A stretch of 64,000 nt of DNA from Octopus vulgaris (GCA_951406725.2 OX597827.1:58094001-58158000); one strand, 5' to 3'. Shown: positions 51,377 through 64,000, counted from the stretch's first letter. Notes: generated by a model not told the origin, from the sequence alone. Numbers and translations are program-made.

Positions 51377-54159
51377 AATTTTACCCATAATTATTAATAG
51401 CTTCTATTTCTGTTTTAATACATATCACAACAAAAATTCAGTTTAACAAAATTTTGATTTTGTGCATGTGTAATGGAGAAGCAGCCATTTGTTGAGAGGC
51501 ATGATAGGTGGAAAGGAACAGCTACCTTAATAATAAAAAGAAAATTCCCAACACTTCACTAGCTAAATTTATCTGGAATCACAAAGAGAAAAATATTGAT
51601 TACTCAATTTTGTGGTCAGTTATACACACCACACTTGCATGGGTAGTGGTTATTCATGTCCTATGGAAGTACTAGAAATTCTCAGGTGTAATCTGGTCTA
51701 ATTAATGAGCGTAATGAATTATTGATCCATTGCTTCTGCCAATTCAATAAAACATTCTTAATTTCGTTTAGCTAACTTACTTGATTTAAATAGAATTAAA
51801 GATAGTATTCTTATTCTTTGTGTTACTCCAGCTTTATCACAAGTGATTCTGAATAAAATGTCCTCTACATCTTAATATTTCCTACTTAAATTATTTATGT
51901 AACTATTCATATATTTCTTATCTAATGAATTTATTTAATTTCAACTGTAAATGATCTAATATTATCTAGCCCTAATTCTCATGACGGTCTTGTTTTATTA
52001 GATATAGTCTGTATCTTTATTCTAGTTACTTTGTCTTTCTCTCTTCAAGTCTTTTCTTGATATTCTCATTATATTTCTCTTTCTCATATTAATGGCACTT
52101 CTAAGAATATAGTAATGTACTGTCACCTCTTTGAACATTTCCATTTTATATATGATAACATATTCATACAATAAATATTTTAGTTCCCTGAACCTGTTAG
52201 TGTTAGTTGCCCTGATGGTTTACAATAGATCTAATGCAAATGAAAAATAAGTCTTCATAACCCATCTGCTTTGGTGTCTCTCTGATAGTGTGACAACTTG
52301 CTGTTTAATTTACTGCTCTGATCTTCAAAACTCCTCCCTTTTCCGTTATGTTTAAGTAACCAAATTAATTTATGTACACTTTATGTTTGGTCTGAAGAGG
52401 ACGATTGGTGGAACTTTTCACTGTGTGGATTTATGTAAACTCTTTTATTTATATAACCCAGCATGTTAATTGAAGTAATGATTCCACAAATTACAGAATG
52501 ATTGTCACTAATTAATAAATGTAATATCTTCATCTTCATACCTTTGCTTGTGTATGTTTATACTCTGTGGTGGATGTATCAATCTCATAATTGATACATT
52601 TTCCTGGATTTTCAGTTGTGTAGTAGGCTTTTCAATACTTTTTATTAACAGACTACTGGTTGTAATCTTTGTTCCTATCCATTCTGTTAACCTAGATTTC
52701 CTGAATCCCTATCCTCTTACTATATATATGTATGTATATATCTATATATCTATATATATCTATATATATATAACTTATAAAATAAGGGCAAAAGAAAAAT
52801 TCTAATGCCAAATATGCCAAAAATAGACAAAATTGTCAATAACCATTATAATTTATGCATCTCGAAACAAGCTGAAAGAAATTTCTAAAAAATTCCGTTA
52901 TTACCGTATTGGTCCCAATTTCAGAGTTAATTCATAAGAATTTTCCCCTCCTCAGTGATAAATACGTAAGACATAAATGAAATACTTACTCATACTCAAT
53001 GGAAAAAGCAAGCACTAAGTCCTGAAAAATTTTATCCTATATTAGATGTAAATTTAATAGTGTTCACTTCCGGACTCTCTCACTCTGTGAAAGTTTCTAG
53101 TTCGAATCACACATGTCTCGAGATATGCTGAAGATTTTCTATTTTGGATATATTTGGGGTACTTAGGTCTGCTCAGGACTTAGTGCTTGCTTTTTAAAAA
53201 TTACTTCAATGATCCATGTGATCCCTCCTATTTCTAGCATACTAAACAGCTACATAGGAGGTTTGATCACCTTTAAGATTGTTTACAAAAGAGAAATTAA
53301 GATTGTGATAAAATAATGAAAGAAATATGTATTCAGTAATTAGTGCTAGCATTGTACTCCCCTTTCTACAAAGATTCTTAAAAGAATTTTCAGGAAAGAA
53401 TGAAATGAACTTCAAGTCATTTTCTTTTCTACACAATTGTAATGAAATTATCGAAATGTATGAGGAAAACAAAGTTAAGTTGCATGAAATATTCTCTCCC
53501 CATTTTTTTCTTTTTTTTTTCCACATTAAATTCCCCTTTAACCACCCATTTTCCTGAAAGTTATGAGGAGGCAAAATTGACCAATGGAAAGGTACACTTC
53601 TGTAATTATGTCCAACTGAAGGAAATTACAGCTGGTTTTCTTATTCAGCTTTCTACATCTTCAGGAACACCCAACAAATATGAAGGGAAACTGGAAACAA
53701 CATAATTTGGTTGATACTAGATTAAACTCCCAATTTGTAGAAAGCAGCATCACAAATGTTTGTTTTTTTTATTAGAAGCACAAACAGACATTAATTTATT
53801 CTACAGTAAAGTGGAATGTCAAATTGAATATCATTTGTAATTGAAATGTGACTTTAAATATTTAATGATAAAAGAAGCTTCATAACTACAGTTTGATAAA
53901 AATATATTAAAACTGGAATTCATAAAAAGTTTCCAGACAGCCTAGTCTTTGATATGCTTTCTTTTAGCAAAAGTTACGTAATTCCTACTAATTGATAAGT
54001 AACTTTCTTCTTATCACACAGATATATGCGTATGTCTATGTATAGGTATGTTTGCGGTCACTGTCACAAACTTACCCAGCCACCTTACGTATGCGAATAT
54101 ATACAAATATAGACACTTACACACACGCGCGCGCGCGCGCGCACACACACACAATACAT

Positions 54160-55281
54160 AGGGATATAATTGTACACACATTTATGTGGTGGAGGTGGAC
54201 TTTTATTGTTTGACAATGAAAATTCAGTTGTATGATAAACCAAATTACATTCTCCAGCTGAGCTTTCCATTGGCATATAATTCTCATACTGAATAACCTT
54301 GACACAGTACATGACAAGATTGCACCATTTGAATGCTATTTTCAATCCACTCAACATTTTTTTGGAAAGAGTTGGATGAGTCTAATAGTAATTACGAAGG
54401 TATATCAGCTTGGAAAACACACTCTGATCGTTCTGATAGAAGAACCCCTGAATTTGTTGGTGAGATCCCTGCCATGATTAACAACGATCCCTCCAAGTTA
54501 ATCAGGTCCATCACCAGGGACATGGGAGTGTCTGAGTTTCTTATCAGGCAGGTAGTGCATGAAGACATTCGGTATTCCTCATACAAGATAAGAATGGGCC
54601 AATTTTTATCCCAAGCCATCAAGGATAAGAGGAAAGACTGTGCTACAAAGCTTTTGAACTAACTCAAGCATCCCCTCCAACTGAACATACTTTGGTTTTT
54701 CTCAACTGTTGGCTTGCTGTGGTGTTTTGAGTGATCACTAGTGATGGTGATGTTATGCCTCCATTCATCTTCCCATACGGTCTCAGACTCAACACGGAGG
54801 CCTACATCAAGTGCCTGGAGGAATTAGTACAGCACTGAGTCAAGAGAGTGGTACTAGAAGACCCTATGTCTGGCAACAGGACTCTGCACCATGCCACACA
54901 AGCAGGAGAGCCCAGTCATGGCTGTCAGACAATTTCTGCAACCACATCACCCCTAACATCTGGCCACCTAACTCACCAGACTGTAAGCCCCTTGATTGTT
55001 ATGTGTGGTGTGCAGTTGAGCAAGAGATCAACAAAACTCCTTGTAACACCAAACATCAACTGAAGGCAAGGATTAAACAAAAGACTGTTGAGAAGAGTTG
55101 CAGGAGATTCCAAAGTTGTATGGCGGCCGTGGTTGAAGCTAATGTCGATTTTATTGAATAAATTTACTCTTTAGTATTTCAAGGTATTTTAATGTAATTT
55201 TAGTAAATATATCTGCTGAAATGAAACGTCAGTGTTATTTTCATGTTTGCGTAATTTAAACGACAGTTTATTCACCGCACC

Positions 55282-55284
<3 letters not shown>
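54160..55284 (+). mobile_element. Degenerate DD37D (maT) Tc1/mariner transposon
   Basis: ORF fragments SIRSITRDMGVSEFLIRQVVHEDIRY-like (54333-54662) and VWQQDSAPCH...WPPNSPDCKPLD with 37 residues between the catalytic Asps. Right TIR ends TTCACCGCACCCTG-TA. Left end uncertain. Confidence 0.88.
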
Positions 55285-55343
<59 letters not shown>

Positions 55344-55344
<1 letters not shown>

Positions 55345-55720
55345 ATCATCATCCTTTAACATCCATTTTACAAGCTGATATAGGATGGATGGTTTAACCA
55401 GAGCTAGCAAGCAGGTGGGCTGCACCAGGTTCCAATCTGATTTGGCTTGGTTTCTATGGCTGGATACTGTTCCTGAAACCAACCACTTTATGTTGTATGC
55501 TGGGTGCTTTCAATATGGTGCTGGCTTGAGTACTTTTTACATGGCACCAGCACAGGGCTCTTGCAGGTTAATCCTGTTTATCAGCAGGAGTAGCATTAAC
55601 ACTTCTGCTGTGGAGGACGGGCCTCCTTGAGTACAGCAAGGTGCCAGATATCTTGGTTCTTTGTCATCACCTCCACAAGGTTCAATGTCCTGAGGTCGTC
55701 CTTCAGTATTTCATCCCATC
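55344..55720 (-). mobile_element. RTE-tail element, older relative of 31697-32013
   Basis: CATCATCATCCTTTAACATCC...GCTGCACCAGG...GTTTCTATGGCTGGAT...CCAACCAC. Confidence 0.75.
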
Positions 55721-56146
55721 TATCAATCCATCCATGTCTGTTAATCTCTCGCTGTCCATCTATCCATCTATCTATGTCACTTGTTTTAAGCCTTGTCAGT
55801 CAGTAGCTTGTCTTAAAAGTCATTGGAGGGGCTCACCAATGGAGGGATTCTGCTGTGTGATGCAGGTATGATGGGTGTGTTGATGGGATGGCTATCACTT
55901 GACCAGATGAAGCAATCATCATGTGTGTGTGTGTGTATATATAGATATATATATGTGTGTGTATCATTCATCCTATATTTTGTTTGTCATTTGACTGCAG
56001 TCAAGCTGGTGCACCACCTTGAATTTTAGTTGAACAAATCAACCCCAGTACTTTTTCTTTGAAACCCTGGTACTTATTTTGTTAATATATATAAAGTAAA
56101 AAAAATGGATAAATACAGTTAAGCATTGCATACATTTCCAGGATAG

Positions 56147-56147
<1 letters not shown>

Positions 56148-56226
<79 letters not shown>

Positions 56227-56923
56227 ACACACGTGTGTGAGTGTATGCTCTGTGTGTGTTATTAGCTGACACCCTACATGAAATTGATAAATCTACCAAA
56301 GCTGTTTATAGACTGTTTCCTTGTTTAGCACAATGGCACACATACCAGTTGTGGCAGCTTAATGCATTATAATGCATATATACATATGTACATGAATATG
56401 AATGTATGTGTATGCATATGTATATGATGTAGTTATATGTACATGTATGTATGGGTATATTATATGGAGTTATGTTTCTTTATTAGCCACACAGGGCTGA
56501 TATATATGTAGTTATATGTACATGTCTGTATGTGTTTATATACATGTGTGTACATATATATTGTATACATATCATCATGCATATGTGTGTGTATGTGCAT
56601 GTATATAAATATTATATACATATCCATGTGTCTAGATTTATGAATATATGTATGATGAGATATATATATACATATATGTATGCTTATTTGTGTATGTAAT
56701 ATACACACACACATGTATTGATGTCTATATGTTTATCTGAATATATGTGTATCATATACAAGCATATGTGTGATTGATATATATGTGTGTGTATATATAT
56801 ATACATACATACTTGTATGTACTAGTACATATGCTTATCTATGTAAATGCATATATATATATATATATATATATTTCTATGTAATTGTACATATGCTTAT
56901 ATGTAAATGCGCGCGCGCGTGTA

Positions 56924-56974
<51 letters not shown>

Positions 56975-57055
56975 AGAGATAGATAGAGATTGATAGATAG
57001 ATAAATATACACACACACACACAAACATACATATATATACGTATGTATGTATGTC
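56148..57055. repeat. Long low-complexity (CT)n/(TA)n/(TG)n/(ATAC)n region
   Basis: Direct inspection. Confidence 0.9.
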
Positions 57056-57129
57056 AAGCCTGAATATGTTTTGAACGTTTTGCAAATATCGCAAACTGTT
57101 TGATAATCATTTTCGTTACATAAGTCCCC

Positions 57130-57855
57130 TCTCAGCTTCTATTTAGTTCTTTTAATATCTTTTACCTTATAATAAAGTCCATACTCTCCCTCTCTTTATA
57201 TTTCCCTCTTTACTTTTTTCCCCTATCTTTCTATCCTTTTTTTTTTCTTCTCTCCTGCTGCTTCCTCTTTATCAATACTTCTCTCTCTCCTCCCTCCTCC
57301 CATCTAATATTTCTCGTTCTCCTTTCTGTTTCATCTTTCTTTCCACTTGTCTATTTTACAATCTTCCTTTTATGTCTAAATCCGTATTTTACCTCTTTCT
57401 CTCCTTACAGCCGTCTTTTCACCTCTCCGTCGTAGATCTTTCTATTTCCTTACATCTCTCCCATTCTCTCTCTCTCTCTTTCATGCTTCGTGTCCTTTTT
57501 ATTCGCACCGTTTTTATATGTTTCTTCGTTTCCATTTTTTTTCTTTCACCATCACTTATTTATTTATTACTCTGTTCTCTGTATATACTTATTATCTCAC
57601 CACGTCTCCATGTATATATATATTTTTCTTTTCTTGTGATAAATTTTCCTCTCTTTTCGTCTTTCTCTATCGCAGCATATTTGTTTATTTCTCTTTTCTC
57701 TCTCACTTTGTCACTCTGTCTCTCTCTCTCTCTCTCTCTCTCCATATCTCCCCACTTTCACTCCCTCTCTCTCTGTCTCGTGCCTGTCTTTCTCTCTTTT
57801 TCTCTCTCTATCGTATCCTACATCTTTTCCTTTTCTTTACCTCACCAGCTTCTTA
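57130..57855 (+). repeat. ~720-bp polypyrimidine (C/T-rich) tract
   Basis: Direct inspection; a similar tract lies at ~44460-44990. Confidence 0.85.
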
Positions 57856-58280
57856 CATGTAATCTTAGTCACGTATTGATTATCTCCCTTGGTCCATATA
57901 CCACAGAACTTCCTTGTGATTTTAAAACCAGACGAGAGATTACTATATATTATGTTGATAATTAGAGGACAATGGGTAGCAGAACCTGCAGTACGTCGGA
58001 CAAAATACCATGCCGTACTCAGTTATGCCCCTTTACACTCTGCTTTCCGATTTCAAGGTTGACTTTTTATCCTCAGAATCGATAAAACAAGTACCAGTGT
58101 GATAATTTAGATTAGTAAATAATGGACACTAGCACTTTCTTACAATTATACTACAATACAGAATATTAGTATTTATGTCTGAAAACTAAAATTAATTTCA
58201 CCCGACAAATTTACATCCAAGTGTAAATTTGTGGCTTTTTGACAATGTAGAATAAATTCTGTATTTTCTATTTATAATTA

Positions 58281-58284
<4 letters not shown>

Positions 58285-58344
<60 letters not shown>

Positions 58345-58550
58345 TCTTCGCCTGTCACTACGTTCTGAGTTCAAATACCGCCAAGGTCGACTTTGTCTTT
58401 CATCCTTTCGGGGTCGATAAAATAAGTACACGTTGAACACTGGGGTTGATATAATCGACTTATCCCCTCCCCCAAACCTGCTGGCCTTGTGCCAAAATTC
58501 AAAACCATTATTATTATTATTATTATTATTATCATTATTATTATTATTTA
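58285..58550 (+). mobile_element. 5'-truncated Nin/Deu SINE (58345-58506) flanked by (ATT)n tracts
   Basis: CTTTCATCCTTTCGGGGTCGATAAAATAAGTAC domain with intact CpGs. Confidence 0.85.
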
Positions 58551-58562
58551 TCTTAGTGTTAT

Positions 58563-60066
58563 TTGGGTTCACCATGTGTTATTGAAAAATACTTTTGTGC
58601 ACTATGAATTATATCAGCTCTTTTGTTTTCTTTCTGAAACTAAAATGCATTTGATAAATTTCCTCACACGCATAGAACTATATTCACCCAAACTCACACA
58701 TACATCAGTGCACACTCACATTGGCACATGTACTTATACACACCAGCACATACAAGTGCATACACATACACAAGCACATACACTAAGACAAGCTCATACA
58801 TTTACAGGTGCCTATAATTACACATACATTAACATATCAATGCATACACTTACACATACATTAACATATCAATGCATACACTTACATACACACCCTAGTG
58901 CACATCACAAACACACTTTGTGCACACACTTATTAGCACACACATTCAATCATAAATATTGATTTCAAATTTTGGCACAAAATTTTGGGGGAGTGGGCAA
59001 GTCGATTATATCGACCTCAGTACTCAACTGGTACTTGTATTATCGATCCTGAAGGGCAGAGTTTGAACTCAGAACATGGAAAAGGACAAAATACTGCTAA
59101 GCATTTTTGCCTGGCATGCTAATGATTCTTATTTCTTTATTGCCCGCAAGGGGCTAAACACAGAGGGGACAAACAAGGACTGACAAAGGGATTGAGTCGA
59201 TTACGACCCAAGTGCGTAAACTGGTACTTTATTTATCGACCCTGAAAGGATGAAATGCAATGTCAACGTCGGTGGAATTTGAACTAAGAACGTAGCGGCA
59301 GATGAAATACCTATTTCTTTACTACCCACAAGGGGCTAAACACAGAGGGGACAAACAAGGACAGATAAACGGATTAAGTCAATTATATCGACTCCAGTGC
59401 GTAACTGGTAGTTAATTTATCGACCCCGAAAGGATGAAAGGCAAAGTTGACCTTGGCGGAATTTGAACTCAGAACGTAGCGGCTGACGAAATATCACTAA
59501 GCATTTCACACGGCATGCTAACGTTTCTGCCAGCTCGCCACCTGACATGCTAGCGATTCTCTCAGCTTGTTGCCTTCACTCCAAAACAAGTATTAACACA
59601 TGCTTACACTCACTCACACACATACTTAGAATATACACTTATACTTAAAACACAATGCATAATCACACTTCAGAAAAGCACACAAACTCAAATTACACAA
59701 AGTCAACCCTCCATTCAAAATCAAAACACGGAAGTACACACTCACGCTAAACACCCAAACCTACACTTACACTCACCAAACTCAAACTCGCACACTTACA
59801 ATCATAATAACTGTTCTCAATTGTACATCAGTGTTTACATTGTTTTAAACGAAATGGTTATTGGTCAGAATTGCCAACCATGAGTATATTATTTATCTTT
59901 ATATGGGTTCACCATGTGCTTTTGAAAGATATTTTTGTGCACTACTACTTAAATCAGGTCTTTTTTTTTCTGAAACTAAAATGCATTTAATAAATTTCCT
60001 CACACGCATAGAAACATATTCACCCAGACTCACACATACATCAGTGCACACTCACATTAGCACATG
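58563..60066 (+). repeat. Local direct duplication of ~165 bp (58563-58730 and 59903-60066)
   Basis: TGGGTTCACCATGTG...CTGAAACTAAAATGCATTT.ATAAATTTCCTCACACGCATAGAA...CATCAGTGCACACTCACATT.GCACATG in both copies. Confidence 0.9.
58960..59578 (-). mobile_element. Nin/Deu SINE containing a nested dimeric SINE (59130-59540)
   Basis: Two tandem ~180/230-bp monomers starting TATTTCTTTA..CCC.CAAGGGGCTAAACACAGAGGGGACAAAC; 20-bp TSD CCTG(G/A)CATGCTA(AT/GC)GATTCT at 59110-59129 and 59541-59560. Confidence 0.85.
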
Positions 60067-60125
60067 CATTGAACAACCAGACTTATTGAATTAGCATTTA
60101 AGTGGTTGATTATTCTGCAGATACA

Positions 60126-60290
60126 AAGGTGGTGAGCTGTCAGAATAGTTAGTATCCAAGTGAAATCCTTTGTGGCATTTCGTCCATCCATACATTCTGA
60201 GTTCAGATTCTGCTGAGGTCAACGTTGCCTTTCATCCTTTCAAGGTCAATAAAATAAGTATCAGTTGAGCACTGGGGTTAGTGTATTTAG
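60126..60290 (+). mobile_element. Nin/Deu SINE (3'-truncated)
   Basis: AAGGTGGTGAGCTGTCAGAAT...GCCTTTCATCCTTTCAAGGTCAATAAAATAAGTATCAG. Confidence 0.8.
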
Positions 60291-60534
60291 TTTAACTACT
60301 CCTGGGTATGAGTATAAAACACTGCATCCCTCTGCCAAGCCAACATGACAGAGCCTGCTCTGTCATACTGGTTTTGATAGAGCAGGCTCATCAAAACCAG
60401 TATGATTTCAAGTTCAAATTCATGGCCTCCACATCAGCCTGTGGTTGGTGAAGAGGGCATGCTGAGACCATTGTCCTGTAGTGGACTGAATATGGGCAAT
60501 TTGAAATCAATATTATAATATAATGAAATGTCAA

Positions 60535-61452
60535 TAAGCATTTTGGTTGATGTGCTAACGATTCTGCCATCTCACTACCTTTATTGCCAATAGCAAAAAT
60601 GCATCTAAAGTCCTTGTTTTCAAAAATGTGATTGTGTTCCCTATGGCAATTTCTTATATTAACATAAAGTCACAAAGAACAGATTTAATGCACAGAATTT
60701 GCTTCTGGTATCCTTTTTTTAAATTTTTTTTTTATTGTTCCTTCCTGTTTCCCTCTCAAGAAATAAAAGCAAAATTCAGCCTTTGTATTTGAGTTTGTCA
60801 GGTAAAAGGACATACCTAAATATTGAAAATCATTTAGGTCAGCACCTTACAGGTTCTGCTAATCCACCAACTTCGACAATGCTCATAATTATAATAATAG
60901 TGATTTCAAATTTTGGCACAAGGCCAGCAATTCTGGAGGATGTTGGGGTGGGGGTGGGGCGGGGTGCAAGTTGATTACATCAGCCCCGGTGTTTGCCTGG
61001 TGCTTATGTTATCAACCCCAAAAAGATGGAAGGCAAAGTCAACCTCAGTGGAATTTGAACTCAGAACATAAAGTTGGACAAAATGCTACTAAGTATTTTG
61101 CCAGACATGCTAATGATTCTGCCAGCTCACTGCCTTTATTGTTAATAATAATTGCAAAAATGAATCTAAAGTCCTTTTTTTTTTTTCAAAAATGTGTTTG
61201 TGTTCATTTCAGCAGTTTCACATATTGACATAAAGTCACAAAGAACAGATTTAATGCACAGAATTTGCTTCTGGTATCTTTTTTCGTTGCTCTTTCCTGT
61301 TTCCCTCTCAAGAAAGGAAGACAAAATCAGCCTTTGTTTTTGAATTTGTCATGTAAAAGGACATATCTAAATTTTGAAAATCATTTAGGTCAGCACCTTT
61401 ACAGGTTCTGCTAATGCACCAACTTCGACAACATTCATAATTATGATAATAT
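60535..61452 (+). repeat. Tandem duplication, ~560-bp period (60535-60900 and 61090-61452), with a minus-strand Nin/Deu SINE at 60900-61137
   Basis: ACATAAAGTCACAAAGAACAGATTTAATGCACAGAATTTGCTTCTGGTATC and CATTTAGGTCAGCACCTT(T)ACAGGTTCTGCTAAT.CACCAACTTCGACAA occur twice. Confidence 0.9.
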
Positions 61453-62712
61453 TAAGTCAGTTAATTTTCTTGCCTGCATCAAGCCAAATCACTAATGTGC
61501 AGTCATGATTACTTGATTAAGGTTCTGAACGAAATGATGTCATGGTTACTTGTCTGCCTTTCAATTTGTCTTCCAAAGTGGAGAATAGAATAAAATAGAA
61601 TAAAATAAAATAAAAAGACATTGAATAAGATTAGCCAAGAATTGCTCAAATTGATCATATCAGCTGGGTTGAATTTGTGATTTTTCTTTACTTCTATTTC
61701 ATTGCCACTTTTTTTTTTTTGTGTGTGTATTTTAGGTGGCTTCAGTGAGTCAACATGCACAGCTTTGATTTTTATCTTGGTCTACAATTACAGATCGTTA
61801 GTATTCGTTAAATTTTGTCTAGTGCTAGTTCTGTTTGCAGAAGACAGTAACCGTACACCTACTTCTTAGTTGACTGAAGTATAATAAATTCTGGTGAAGT
61901 AGCATATGGGAGCCTACATACAACTAACCAGCTAGGGAAATTGGTTCTCATGAACAGAACTGGTCACTCATTAAATATCAGAGAAAAGAAATGTAAAATA
62001 ATGAATGCTAATAAAATTTTGGTTTAATAAATAAAATCTTGTGTGTCATAACCAGATGTTATTTATTAGGCTTTTCTATGTGGGTTAAAAGTACATGAAC
62101 ATAATTTGATATGCACATGTAATAGATGAATGAGTCGTTTTATGTTAATTCCAGATTGGTTCCTGCTTTTACATGGTTTGTGTTTGTGTATTTGAGTGTG
62201 TATGTGTGTGTGGGTGTGTAAATCTTCATTAATAACACATCCTAGAATTATAGAATCACAATCAGTTGTGTTTGCACATGTGTGTGTGTTTGTGTGTGCA
62301 TACACATCTGTCTGTGTGTGTGTGTTTGCGCATGTATGTGTATGTGTTAGTGCATGCATATGTGTGTGTGTTTGTGCATGCATGCATGTGTGTGTTTGTG
62401 CATGCACATGTGTGTCTTCCCAGTAGTATTTTTTCAAGCTGTTGCAAAAGATAGATTTGTTGTCTAAAAACTGTTCAGTATGATCCATTTTCTTTCATCA
62501 TGTGAGTACCATATCTAAACGCTTCCCAGTGACCATGGAAATAAAGCCATATGCATTTCTTTCAGAGATTTTGTATGTGTGCTTTTAGAAGATACATCCA
62601 GAGGTAGCTGCTATTGGTTTATGCTGTAAATCTAGTCAGAACTGACCAGTGCTACATAACTTGCACACAAAGATTGAAAGCTTTAACTAAAACTGCCCTA
62701 TTGTTGATTTAT

Positions 62713-63100
62713 GGTTTCAAATTTGGGCATAAGATAAAACAATTTTAGTAGAGTGGTTAAGTAAATTACATCTACCTCAGTTCCCAGCATTTAATTGATA
62801 CTCATTTTACCAACCCCAAAAAGACGAAAAGCATGGCAGAATTTGAACTCCCATGCAAAGAGCTGGAAGAAGTGCTGCTAAGCATTTTATCATTCCTGCT
62901 AACAATTCTGTCAGCTTGTCATCTTTACATAGTAATTGTGATTTTGCCACAAGACCAGTTATTTTAGGGGTAGTGAGTTAGTTGATTCCATTCATCCCAA
63001 TATTTGACTAGTACTTTAATTTATCAACTCTAAAAAGATGAAAAGCAAAGCCAACCTCATTGGGGCTTGAACTTAGAACATAAAGTGTGGGAAGAAATGT
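62713..63100 (-). mobile_element. Two adjacent decayed Nin/Deu SINE copies
   Basis: TTTCAAATTTGGGCATAAG...GAATTTGAACTC...AACAATTCTGTCAGCT and TTTTGCCACAAGACCAG...AAGATGAAAAGCAAAG. Confidence 0.7.
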
Positions 63101-64000
63101 TGGTGCCATGCTTGGCATGTGATCTAAAATTTAAAGGAAGATTACTTTTGGTTACTTTTTAGTTTACTTTGTGTGAGTGCTACTTTCAGTGTTATCTACG
63201 TGAGCAAATTTATTTTGGTGGGTGATCTATGCGCTTATTTTAAGTATTATATGGCTTTCTTATTATTAAAATAGTAAGAATTTTGAAAAGATACATTTCC
63301 AACACTAATATGTACAAAATAATTTAAAAAGTAACCTAAAGTTATCTCCCTTGTAGATCCCATGCCAAAGTAGCACTGAAATGTCACTAAGCGTTTTGTT
63401 CAACGTGCATTCATCAATTCCCCCTCTTACTAATTTATAAAACTAAAAGTTATCTGTGGTTTGTTTACTCAGCTTAATCAAAGGTGTCCTAGATGGTGAA
63501 ATCAGGTTTGTTGGATGGACATATGTCATATACCTTATGATACATACATTTAGTTTGAATGATAGGATATCTGTAAAGGAGACTGAGAGACAAAGCTGGT
63601 CACATTGCCAGCGATTGGAAGGAAATACTTTGCATACGATTATAAAGCATACAAACTTGCTAAATGTAGAGCACAGTAGATGGGAGAACTGGACATAAAT
63701 TACCCAAAATATCTATTCCTGACTTAAGCTTGGTGTATTGGAGTTGACAGTAAGCTTGGAATGATTATAAGCTTGAAAGATGTAAATACAAAGCAACAAC
63801 AGTTCAATTCACAGTCCTTCATTATATACTTGTTGTTGCCTTGGTATGAACTTTCTTCGTAGAATAGGTCTGTTTAGCCACTCAACTAATTCAATGTGGC
63901 CACTCAACAAGAGAAATGGGTAATAGAAACTCCTTATATTTGTTAGGTAATTTCAAAGTAGCTGTTTATAGTTCCTTGTTCAGGGGCATGACATTGCTGT

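Noticed and set aside
52388-52500. CTGAAGAGGA...TCCACAAATTA as a long-stem-II hammerhead in a possible Penelope remnant (~51640-52720)
   Set aside because: GAAA box absent, stem I does not pair, and no RT or GIY-YIG motif was readable.
53065-53125. ETS-like CACTTCCGG and TCTCGAGA motifs as a promoter
   Set aside because: Isolated short motifs; insufficient without chromatin or TSS data.
60839-60886. Minus-strand mini-ORF MSIVEVGGLAEP followed by GTAAGG, resembling a duplicated exon
   Set aside because: Better explained as a decayed SINE head (GGTGGATTAGCAGAACC resembles GGCGAGCTGGCAGAATC); the donor-like site is not kept in the second copy.
44028-64000. Next JMJD1C exon (expected equivalent of ...EEVKVW...QEI...)
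   Set aside because: No AG/GT-bounded frame with recognisable similarity found. Candidates such as 49315-49348 lie in LINE debris. A diverged small exon could have been missed.

Overview
AT-rich, microsatellite- and SINE-dense animal genomic DNA. The SINE and MITE families look like those of Octopus (coleoid cephalopod); this is recognised from memory, not from a database search. The only host coding sequence I can support is two short phase-0 exons on the + strand (8236-8388 and 43911-44027), separated by a 35.5-kb GT-AG intron. They encode the N-terminal region of a JMJD1C/KDM3-family histone demethylase. The first exon and all later exons appear to lie outside the window, so the rest is probably intronic. 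That intronic DNA holds decayed transposases (mariner, a Tc1 copy compatible with DD36E, a DD37D/maT copy), piggyBac-, hAT-, mariner- and Tigger-type MITEs, antisense LINE remnants, several tRNA-derived SINE families, local duplications and microsatellites. Almost all ORFs in the supplied track are spurious. The most unusual structure is a ~790-bp insertion 220 bp downstream of the first exon shown. It has a 13-bp target-site duplication, a 327-bp tandem unit, a long inverted arm and a hammerhead-like motif in each arm, which suggests a Penelope/retrozyme-like element and a strong dsRNA (ADAR) substrate. Other items of note are a decayed minimal hammerhead, a tRNA-Asp/SINE-tail chimera, a tail-to-tail SINE pair, a CpG-retaining intronic island and a 61-bp triple-inverted-repeat cassette. 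I see no clear evidence of a wholly new biological system.
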